This document shows positions 19,482 to 25,521 of a DNA stretch of 64,000 bases, piece by piece. The position numbers were made by a program, and so were the translations under genes. The notes under the pieces were generated by a model that made no database searches, was not told the DNA's origin, and saw only the letters and a list, made by a program, of their open reading frames with translations. Source of the DNA: Bdellovibrionales bacterium (lineage in GTDB: Bacteria; Bdellovibrionota; Bdellovibrionia; Bdellovibrionales; Bdellovibrionaceae). How positions within the stretch are numbered: position 1 is the stretch's first letter; each line of letters opens with the position of its first letter. Location of the stretch: positions 16,229-80,228 of the forward strand of contig JANMPT010000003.1 in the NCBI GenBank assembly GCA_031370005.1. Direction: 5' to 3'.

Positions 19482-19596
19482 TTTCAGAGGTCGACTTTAC
19501 CGGTAATCGCAGTGGGTATAAGTGCTTAAAATTGTTGAGGTAAATCGGCTACGTTTTTAGACTAAAATTTCGATGCCGATGAAATCAATTTATCCG

Positions 19597-19624
19597 TGGG
19601 GTTCGAATCCCTCCCTCTCCGCCA
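19597..19624 (+). pseudogene. orphan tRNA 3' fragment (T-arm, acceptor 3' strand, G discriminator and CCA; tRNA-Ser-like)
   Basis: TGGGG-TTCGAAT-CCCTC-CCTCTCC-G-CCA. The ...CTCTCCGCCA end resembles bacterial tRNA-Ser. No complementary GGAGAGG 5' strand, D-arm or anticodon arm lies within 100 nt upstream. Confidence 0.7.
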
Positions 19625-19718
19625 TTTCCGAAAGTCTGGTTGTGAAAGGCGACCTCAATAAGGACGGTTGGGAATAAACCCTCGGGGGAATAAAGAAGAG
19701 AGCAAGCCCAAACGGCCG

Positions 19719-20585
19719 TCACAATAGTGATGAAAGATTTTCGGTAAGAAATTTTTTAAATGAAATAGCATCTCGCTTCAAAATATCGGAAACCACAGAT
19801 GTTGGTTTAGAGAACTGGCCATTTGCGATGTTCTCACCCAGTTTCGTGAGATCGCTTGCCAACCAAGCGGGATATCCCATAGCAGTTAGCCCCTGCACGA
19901 GTTGTTGAGAAGGCATGTTTACATAATTTATTTCTCTTTTTAAAAGTGAAGTTAGCGCCTCTGCCGCATCGCTGAACGAAATCGCCTCACTTCCCGAGAT
20001 CACATAAGTTTTTCCCGCGTGACCGTTTTCCTGAAGGCAGGCGACGGCTACTGCGGCAATGTCGCGAGCATCAACCATTGCGAGTAAACCATCACTATAA
20101 TTTCCATACACTGCATTCTGTGATTTAATCGCCCCAGCCTGTGCAATGAAGTTCTGCATAAAAAAATAGGGTTGCAGGATTGAAAATGAAATTTCAGAGT
20201 TTTTTAGGTAATCGTCAGCTTTGGCATGCTGTTGTGCTTGTGATATTGGAGAATCCTTACTTGCTCCAGCCCCGGAAAGCATAACGATTCGCCTTACGCC
20301 AACCTTTTTAGCAACATCAATAGCATTTTTCTTCAATTCAGCTTCATTTTGAGTAGGGGGTGCCAACAAAAAAAGCCTTTCAATTCCGGTGAGTGCTTTT
20401 TCCAGGCTAGACAAATCCTCTAAATCCCCAGTTACCGCTTCGATATTGAGTTCCTCCGCCATCTTCGCGGATTTGGAACTGCGAGAAAGCATTTTTGTTT
20501 GAATATGCGATTTAGAAAGTTGTTTGAGAACCTCGATTCCAACTTTGCCCGTACCGCCAATAACGAGAATCATATTACGCTCCAT
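19719..20585 (-). CDS. NmrA-family / atypical SDR NAD(P)-binding oxidoreductase
   Basis: 288-aa ORF with an N-terminal Rossmann motif (ILVIGGTGKVG) and NmrA-like length and layout. Confidence 0.75.
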   Translation of the reverse strand: MERNMILVIGGTGKVGIEVLKQLSKSHIQTKMLSRSSKSAKMAEELNIEAVTGDLEDLSSLEKALTGIERLFLLAPPTQNEAELKKNAIDVAKKVGVRRIVMLSGAGASKDSPISQAQQHAKADDYLKNSEISFSILQPYFFMQNFIAQAGAIKSQNAVYGNYSDGLLAMVDARDIAAVAVACLQENGHAGKTYVISGSEAISFSDAAEALTSLLKREINYVNMPSQQLVQGLTAMGYPAWLASDLTKLGENIANGQFSKPTSVVSDILKRDAISFKKFLTENLSSLL

Positions 20586-20600
20586 CTTGCTAATGTGGGT

Positions 20601-21041
20601 TTAAGTCAGAAGCTTGTGCAACTTCTCAAATGAGCTTTCCCAGCCATGGGTGTGGCCGGAGCAATCCTTTTCATCAATGAATCCAGTTTGACTAAGCGTG
20701 ATTTCAGTCCCATCAGCTACTTTTCGAAATTCAACTGTCACCGTTGTGTGTGGCGCGGGACCTCTCCAAGTACCTGTGCAATCAAATACAAGGCGCTCAT
20801 TTGGAACAATTTCCATGTAGGTGCCAGACATGTTGCCGGTAGTCTGTTGGCCACGCATCTCTCCTTCCATAGAAATAACAAATTTTCCGCCCACTTTAAA
20901 ATCAACTTGGACCTCAGGAATTGATAATGTTCCCGGAGCAAACCAGCTTTTTAGTAAATTTGGGCTTTTCCAAGCATCAAAAACTTTCTCCGGGGACGCC
21001 TTTATCGTCTTTTTCATTTGTACTTTAATGTTTGGGTTCAT
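20601..21041 (-). CDS. SRPBCC (AHSA1/START-like) domain protein
   Basis: Start moved to the ATG 21039-21041, behind a GGAGGAG RBS. The sequence IKASPEKVFDAWKSPNLLKSWFAPG...GGKF...ERLVF...GTEITL is typical of Aha1-like SRPBCC proteins, which are commonly paired with ArsR regulators. Confidence 0.7.
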   Translation of the reverse strand: MNPNIKVQMKKTIKASPEKVFDAWKSPNLLKSWFAPGTLSIPEVQVDFKVGGKFVISMEGEMRGQQTTGNMSGTYMEIVPNERLVFDCTGTWRGPAPHTTVTVEFRKVADGTEITLSQTGFIDEKDCSGHTHGWESSFEKLHKLLT

Positions 21042-21369
21042 GTTTTTTCTCCTCCAAAAGTTCTTGAAGCGCGTCCAAACGATTGCCCCAAAATTGTTGA
21101 TAATATGAAATCCATTGATCTGCCGTCTTAAGAGTCTCGGCATTGAGACTGACAATCTGATAACTGCCCTCTTTTTTCCTGTCGATTAACTTTGCGTTCT
21201 CAAGCACCTTGAGATGCTTCGATACAGCCGCTAAAGACATTGTAAATGGCTTGGCAATTTCGCTCACGGTTTTTTGCTTCTTCGATATGCCTCGCATTAT
21301 GGAGCGACGAGTAGAATCTGCCAAAGCATGAAAAATTAGGTCTAATTGTCCTATTTCAGATTTAACCAT
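21025..21369 (-). CDS. ArsR/SmtB-family transcriptional regulator
   Basis: 114-aa ORF. FHALADSTRRSIMRGISKKQKTVSEIAKPFTMSLAAVSKHLKVLENAKLI is the ArsR winged-helix signature. Confidence 0.85.
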   Translation of the reverse strand: MVKSEIGQLDLIFHALADSTRRSIMRGISKKQKTVSEIAKPFTMSLAAVSKHLKVLENAKLIDRKKEGSYQIVSLNAETLKTADQWISYYQQFWGNRLDALQELLEEKKHEPKH

Positions 21370-21415
21370 ATGGTTTAATGATAACAGATTCTACTATAGA
21401 GTCAACCATTTGGTT
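21361..21415. promoter_or_regulatory. two AACCA/TGGTT-type palindromes at the arsR start (candidate ArsR operators)
   Basis: TTTAACCAT-ATGGTTTAA (21361-21378, one mismatch) overlaps the start codon. AACCA-tt-TGGTT lies at 21404-21415. Confidence 0.35.
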
Positions 21416-21566
21416 AAATCATTGAAAAGGTTCGGAATTAATCGAGCTCTCGGAAATAATCTCAGAATTCAGCATTGGGCATTACCGGACAGAAGTGCCA
21501 CCCAAGTTACTCTTTTAAAGAAAATCGAGAGCGAATTAAGATTTGCGCTTTTTTCCCCAATCGTAC

Positions 21567-22048
21567 ATGGCATCCAATATCGGTCGAAGGCTCCTGCCTG
21601 AATCCGTCTTCTATTTTTATTTGTTTCTCAAGCCTTTGCCCAGAATATCCCGACCGAGTCTCCGGTGCTTGAGGATGTGATCATCAACTCGATGAGCGTC
21701 ACTTACCCTTCTCCTTATAAGATTTCGATGGCAACTTATCTTGGACAAGCTCCGAAATATCGGCAGACGGCTACATATAATTGTGGACTGAGTGCACGCA
21801 ACGGCTATGACCTCTGGTGCTGGGGATTTTCTGGGGGCGGCGCCCAATTGCGTATGTTTCCAGATTTGGGAATCGATTCGAAAAATTTGCGCCTTCCCCC
21901 CGAGTCAGGGAACACCTTTGCCCGTATGAATACGACCAAGACCAATTGCGAGAAAATGCAACAGGATCTTGCAAATGCGAGCTCAGAGAAACAATTTGTT
22001 CTCCGCGTTTATGGCAACAGAAGCTTTACTTTAACTCCACGGCCTTAA
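21567..22048 (+). pseudogene. possible frameshifted gene for a small exported protein
   Basis: ATG at 21567 opens MASNIGRRLLPESVFYFYLF in one frame. The neighbouring frame reads IRLLFLFVSQAFA-QNIPTESPV and continues into the 127-aa ORF 21665-22048. The two frames meet at the T-rich run 21611-21623. Confidence 0.3.
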
Positions 22049-22063
22049 ACGAAGTTGCAACCC

Positions 22064-22306
22064 CTATGCTTTCTTTCTAAAAACGGTCTGCTCAAGCTTT
22101 TCTAGACGGTCCTCTACAGAGTCATGGGACTCAATAGATTTTCTGAGAAACCAATTTAAGAAGGTTTGGTATCCCATTCCTTGTTTCTCGCCCTCAGATT
22201 CCAACCATTCAATGACCTCAGCATCAAGCCGAAAAGTCTTGATGACTTTGATGTCTTTTGCTTTTTTACCCCTTTTTGCCTTTGAGAAATCATATTCATT
22301 TTTCAT
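22064..22306 (-). CDS. brnA: BrnA-family antitoxin
   Basis: 80-aa ORF. KTFRLDAEVIEWLESEGEKQGMGYQTFLNWFLR matches the BrnA pattern. Lies directly downstream of the BrnT-like ORF. Confidence 0.8.
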   Translation of the reverse strand: MKNEYDFSKAKRGKKAKDIKVIKTFRLDAEVIEWLESEGEKQGMGYQTFLNWFLRKSIESHDSVEDRLEKLEQTVFRKKA

Positions 22307-22309
22307 AAC

Positions 22310-22588
22310 TCACCTCGAAAGATATTGGTTTGACTCGGTTTTGGTGGCTGGTCTTGCAGAGATAATTCGGACCCGCTCACCCTCAATTTTTTCACAATAA
22401 ACAACCACTAACAAATTGGCCTTTCGTGATATCCCCAGCCTAAGCCATCTCTCTTCATCATGAGAGTGTTCTGGGTCTGGAGTTTCTAGGGCAGAATTAT
22501 CAAGCCAAATGGTTATTGCCTCAGAAAAGCGAATCCCATGCTTTTTATAGTTGCTGTCTGCCTTGGTGTCGTCCCACTCAAAGTCCAT
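22310..22588 (-). CDS. brnT: BrnT-family (DUF497) toxin
   Basis: 92-aa ORF. FEWDDTKADSNYKKHGIRFSEA...DEERW...VRIISARPATKTE is the BrnT signature. Confidence 0.85.
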   Translation of the reverse strand: MDFEWDDTKADSNYKKHGIRFSEAITIWLDNSALETPDPEHSHDEERWLRLGISRKANLLVVVYCEKIEGERVRIISARPATKTESNQYLSR

Positions 22589-22637
22589 AATTCACTATAT
22601 TATATTGTTATTACTTTGTAAATACATTTTTAAAATC

Positions 22638-22877
22638 TCATATAGTTGGTTTTAAAGCGTTTTGCCGCACAAAGGCCTCTGAAGCCCCAATGGCCCTCGC
22701 TGTTTTCCCGGAATTCCCATATTTCTTGATAAGCGTCAGCAGGTCGGCCGGCAAAAGGGCCTTCGGCTCCGCAACAACCTCAAATTCAGCTTGAAACACC
22801 GGCTCAGATCGAAATAAAGTGCTCGCAGAGATGGCGAGCGGTTCGTCTACTTCGGTGACTTTGGCACCATTTAACAT
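22638..22877 (-). CDS. small hypothetical protein with C-terminal HTH-like segment
   Basis: 79-aa ORF. The C-terminus LIKKYGNSGKTARAIGASEAFVRQN looks like a Fis/resolvase-type HTH. A degenerate second copy of its 3' end lies at 24443-24489. Confidence 0.35.
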   Translation of the reverse strand: MLNGAKVTEVDEPLAISASTLFRSEPVFQAEFEVVAEPKALLPADLLTLIKKYGNSGKTARAIGASEAFVRQNALKPTI

Positions 22878-22892
22878 TTTCAGTCACTTGTA

Positions 22893-22934
22893 CCAATACG
22901 GCGAATGGCTTTTTCAATTCAAATTCAATACTTA
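22893..22934. repeat. 42-bp perfect direct repeat, copy 1
   Basis: CCAATACGGCGAATGGCTTTTTCAATTCAAATTCAATACTTA is identical to 24490-24531. Confidence 0.95.
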
Positions 22935-23027
22935 CACCCTTCTAGCCCCTGATATACGTTGGACATATTTACGACGGCTTTCGAAGTGCCGAGGGGCAAA
23001 TGGCTAAGAAAGGCAGTGTAATTGATT

Positions 23028-23225
23028 TTAACGCCATTCATAGTGTCCCATGTGAGGTGTTTTTTTCAAATGTAATTTAAGGCCGTTGATATCTTGCTCA
23101 AGTTCAAGAAACTTTCGGTCCGCGAACTCTTGAGACTGCTCAAGGTTGTGAGTGTAAAGCCAGAATGCAGCCTCTTCTAGCTCAGCTTTGAACTTGTCGG
23201 ATTCGAGGATTTCAAATGCTTGCAT
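23028..23225 (-). CDS. ParE/RelE-like toxin, apparently only the N-terminal helical hairpin (possibly truncated)
   Basis: 65-aa ORF that starts directly after the stop of the Phd/YefM-like ORF. The helical N-terminus (KFKAELEEAAFWLYTHN...FLELEQDINGL...PHMG) resembles ParE-type toxins, but the beta-sheet core is missing. Confidence 0.45.
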   Translation of the reverse strand: MQAFEILESDKFKAELEEAAFWLYTHNLEQSQEFADRKFLELEQDINGLKLHLKKTPHMGHYEWR

Positions 23226-23528
23226 TTAGCCGACGGCTTTCTTCGTTCTCTTTGCATTGAGGGCTCGTGTTTTGGCGCGATTCAAAGTGTCCTTTGTCGA
23301 TTGGTCCGTGACACGACTCACTCGTCCTTGAGCAATATCAACAAGGCCAACAGTCAGCCCATGCAGCCTAGCAAGATCGAGCTGCATTTTCTCAAAAACG
23401 TCGGCATTAAGAAGAACGAAGGCTTCCCCAGATTTTCGAGTGATTTTAACAGGCTCAACCCTTGCGGCTTCCATCCACTCTTTCATATTTGATCTGAAGT
23501 CATTGGCATTTGTTCTGTCCATAGACAC
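23226..23528 (-). CDS. Phd/YefM-family antitoxin
   Basis: 100-aa ORF. The N-terminus NANDFRSNMKEWMEAARVEPVKITRKSGEAFVLLNADVFEKM is typical of Phd/YefM. AGGAGG RBS upstream. Confidence 0.8.
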   Translation of the reverse strand: MSMDRTNANDFRSNMKEWMEAARVEPVKITRKSGEAFVLLNADVFEKMQLDLARLHGLTVGLVDIAQGRVSRVTDQSTKDTLNRAKTRALNAKRTKKAVG

Positions 23529-23543
23529 CTCCTATTCTTAAAT

Positions 23544-23561
23544 AGTACACTTAACCGTACT
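23544..23561. promoter_or_regulatory. AGTAC-N8-GTACT inverted repeat upstream of the Phd/YefM-like gene (candidate operator)
   Basis: AGTACacttaaccGTACT lies 16-33 nt upstream of the ATG. GTAC-containing palindromes are the known operator type for YefM-class antitoxins. Confidence 0.4.
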
Positions 23562-23751
23562 GTTAGCCAAGATGCTATTTTATCAGAAAAGTACCGTGTC
23601 TTGACTGGTAAAGCGAATACAACGTGATTGCATCCACTGTATAGGATACGTTTTATCCATTGCCAGAGGTTCTTCTAGCCTACGGCCGTGGGCACCACTG
23701 ATTTTCGGGTCCACCCCGAAGACATAGGGAACACTTTTCGGTATCTGCGGT

Positions 23752-24063
23752 TTAGCTCGCCTTAGAAAAACTAAAACCAAACTCAAAGTGACCACCACAA
23801 GCGGCCGCTATGCGAGCCAACAGCGGAATAGACGGCACTCGCTTATCAGAACCACCCTCAAGTCTTGCAATCACACTTTGAGTCGTTCCAATCAGTTTAG
23901 CTAATTGAGCCTGAGTTAAGTCAGCTTTCATGCGCGCAGCTCTAACCGCATGCGCGATTTCAGTTTTAGATTTTTCTTCTTCAAACTGAATACGAACTTC
24001 TTTGTCTTTTAATATTTTTTGAAAAAATGGCTTTGCTGATTTGTATGATTTTTTATTTTTCAT
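23752..24063 (-). CDS. higA: XRE-family HTH antitoxin (HigA-like)
   Basis: 103-aa ORF with an HTH (LTQAQLAKLIGTTQSVIARLEGG). Its start overlaps the stop of the upstream toxin ORF by 4 nt. Confidence 0.8.
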   Translation of the reverse strand: MKNKKSYKSAKPFFQKILKDKEVRIQFEEEKSKTEIAHAVRAARMKADLTQAQLAKLIGTTQSVIARLEGGSDKRVPSIPLLARIAAACGGHFEFGFSFSKAS

Positions 24064-24395
24064 AATCCTAAAACCTCTTTCATTCTTTTTTCAGCGATTT
24101 CAAGATCGCCCGTTGGTGTTTTCTGAGTTTTCTTTTTAAAAGCATGAAGCCAAACCATCGTATTTGTTTCAACAACAACATAGGCTATGCGGTAGCTGCC
24201 GCTTGGTGTATTAAACTTTACTTCCCAGAGTTTACCGCGAAGCTGCCTAAACTGAACACGCGGACAACCTAATCCATATTTTTCAATACCTTCAAAGACA
24301 TCAGCAAAACGTGCTTGATCTGCTTTTGGCAGATCACTGATAAAATCTTCGATTGGGCTTCGTCCTGACGACGTTTCGTAAAGAGCTACTTTCAC
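24060..24395 (-). CDS. higB: HigB / phage Gp49-like RelE-superfamily toxin
   Basis: 111-aa ORF. GKLWEVKF...YRIAYVV...VWLHAFKKKTQKTPTGDLEIAEKRMKE is the Gp49/HigB pattern. The toxin-first gene order is typical of HigBA. Confidence 0.8.
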   Translation of the reverse strand: MKVALYETSSGRSPIEDFISDLPKADQARFADVFEGIEKYGLGCPRVQFRQLRGKLWEVKFNTPSGSYRIAYVVVETNTMVWLHAFKKKTQKTPTGDLEIAEKRMKEVLGL

Positions 24396-24397
24396 AC

Positions 24398-24427
24398 CCT
24401 TAATATAGCCAAAAGGCTATATTAAGG
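24398..24427. promoter_or_regulatory. perfect 13-bp-arm palindrome directly upstream of higB (candidate operator)
   Basis: CCTTAATATAGCC-aaaa-GGCTATATTAAGG begins 3 nt upstream of the higB ATG. Confidence 0.55.
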
Positions 24428-24489
24428 CAAGATTTTTTTAATTTAGCTATTCTGCCCTACAAAGGCCTGACTAGCGCCGACCGTGTCAG

Positions 24490-24531
24490 CCAATACGGCG
24501 AATGGCTTTTTCAATTCAAATTCAATACTTA
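24490..24531. repeat. 42-bp perfect direct repeat, copy 2
   Basis: Identical to 22893-22934. It is preceded (24453-24489) by a shortened relative of the 3' end of ORF 22638-22877. Confidence 0.95.
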
Positions 24532-24884
24532 AGCCATTTAATATTGGGTTAGGAGAGTACATTATCACCCTCGACAATTTCTCGGAGCACATTTTGGGCA
24601 GCAATGACGTCGGACTCTGGGGTCCAATAGTCTTCGTAGCAGAGACAGTTCGCGCAGTGCGAATTTGCAAAACAGCTGCTGATACAATCAAGGCATTTTA
24701 AGTGGCTATTTTGCTATGAATAGTTGTGAATTTGTATAGACAATAAATATCAAGTAAAATCATATGGTTATATTATAACTGTATAATATAACATTCAAAA
24801 TATCGTTAATTGGCCATTATATTAGTCATTATTTAGTTAGCTTATTTTGATGTGAATAATATAGTTGCCAAAACGCCAGTAATT

Positions 24885-24900
24885 GGATACTATATTATCC
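24885..24900. promoter_or_regulatory. GGATA-N6-TATCC inverted repeat just upstream of the hipB-like ATG
   Basis: GGATActatatTATCC. The region 24760-24900 also carries several TATAATATAAC-like repeats. Confidence 0.35.
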
Positions 24901-24903
24901 ATT

Positions 24904-25242
24904 ATGGGAAAGAAGACAGCTACACAGACACCAAAGCTAATAGCCCTTCTTAAAGCACTGGGTGAAAACATCCACCTAGCACGTCGTCGTCGTCGCCTCT
25001 CGTCCACAATGCTTGCTGAAAGGGCCGGAATGACTCGAATGACCTTGCGGGCAGTTGAAAGAGGCGAGCCAACAGCAAGCCTTGGTGCGTATGCAAATGT
25101 ACTTTTTAGCCTCGGACTTGAAAAAGATCTGTCGACTGTTGCGAAAGACGATGAGCTGGGTCGAAGACTTCAGGATGCAAGCTTAGTCAGAAGCAAAAAA
25201 ACTAAGTCAAAAAAAGATCCCTCAAAAACAGAGCTAGAGTAA
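24904..25242 (+). CDS. hipB: XRE-family HTH protein (HipB-like antitoxin)
   Basis: Start taken at ATG 24904 (the track's TTG is at 24883). HTH segment LSSTMLAERAGMTRMTLRAVERGEP. Lies directly upstream of a HipA N-terminal fragment. Confidence 0.7.
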   Translation: MGKKTATQTPKLIALLKALGENIHLARRRRRLSSTMLAERAGMTRMTLRAVERGEPTASLGAYANVLFSLGLEKDLSTVAKDDELGRRLQDASLVRSKKTKSKKDPSKTELE

Positions 25243-25246
25243 AATT

Positions 25247-25520
25247 ATGGGAAAGAGCAAGACTGGGCAAAAAATAGTTTATATTTATGCCAATTGGGAG
25301 ACGCTAGAAACTCCTCAGCTTACGGGATCTCTATTTGTAACCCTCTCACGCGGTAAAGAAATTTTTTCATTTGAGTATGATCCAAAATGGCTGAAGTCAA
25401 ATTACGCCCACGATCTTGATCCAAATTTAAAATTTTTTGGCGGTCCTCAGTATCCTAAATCCGATCACGCAAACTTTGGTCTTTTTCTTGATTCGTCTCC
25501 AGATCGTTGGGGGTTGATAA
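25247..25520 (+). pseudogene. hipA: hipA-like toxin gene retaining only the N-terminal domain
   Basis: The first ~88 codons (IVYIYANWE...GSLFVTLSRGKEIFSFEYDPKWL...FLDSSPDRWG) match the HipA N-terminal domain. Resemblance stops at ~25512 and the rest of the 148-aa ORF is antisense read-through of tRNA-Ala. No kinase core is present. Confidence 0.7.
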
Positions 25521-25521
25521 A

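Larger units (their letters stand above)
15452..19624. mobile_element. putative small integrative element (serine-recombinase module plus palindrome-rich non-coding region); boundaries approximate
   Basis: It abuts the 3' end of tRNA-Leu. It contains a large serine recombinase, a replication-relaxation-family protein and two small ORFs in one orientation, then ~0.7 kb of palindromes ending in a tRNA-Ser 3' fragment. Exact att sites could not be identified by eye. Confidence 0.5.

Noticed and set aside
19536-19624. A possible complete tRNA-Ser or a tmRNA ending at 19624.
   Set aside because: The ~90 nt upstream contain no GGAGAGG acceptor 5' strand, D-arm, anticodon arm or long variable arm. 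tmRNA ends in ...CUCCACCA with discriminator A and a G-U at position 3, which does not fit. Only the 3' fragment is supportable.
19597-19624. The tRNA fragment as the attR direct repeat of the tRNA-Leu 3' end (15422-15451).
   Set aside because: Only about 17 of 30 aligned positions match, mostly the universally conserved T-loop. This is generic tRNA similarity, not a duplicated att core.
21410-21974. Short ORFs 21410-21601, 21475-21672, 21617-21847 and 21771-21974.
   Set aside because: They are mutually overlapping with implausible compositions. The region is better explained by the arsR promoter region and the possibly frameshifted exported-protein gene.
23583-23798. 71-aa minus-strand ORF between higA and the Phd/YefM gene.
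   Set aside because: It overlaps the higA 3' end and has no RBS or recognisable fold. The 23583-23751 spacer was left unannotated; it contains only a weak TTCGGG-tccac-CCCGAA hairpin.
22589-24531. The TA cassettes separated by repeats as an integron or superintegron cassette array.
   Set aside because: There is no intI gene. The 42-bp repeat has no internal dyad symmetry and no R''/R' (RYYYAAC / GTTRRRY) attC core sites. Each cassette carries its own promoter and operator.
24443-24701. ORFs 24443-24691 (-) and 24483-24701 (+) as genuine genes.
   Set aside because: The minus-strand ORF is an in-frame fusion of repeat sequence to a remnant of the 22638-22877 gene, so it looks like a deletion product. 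The plus-strand ORF has no start context or family resemblance. Both are treated as remnants.
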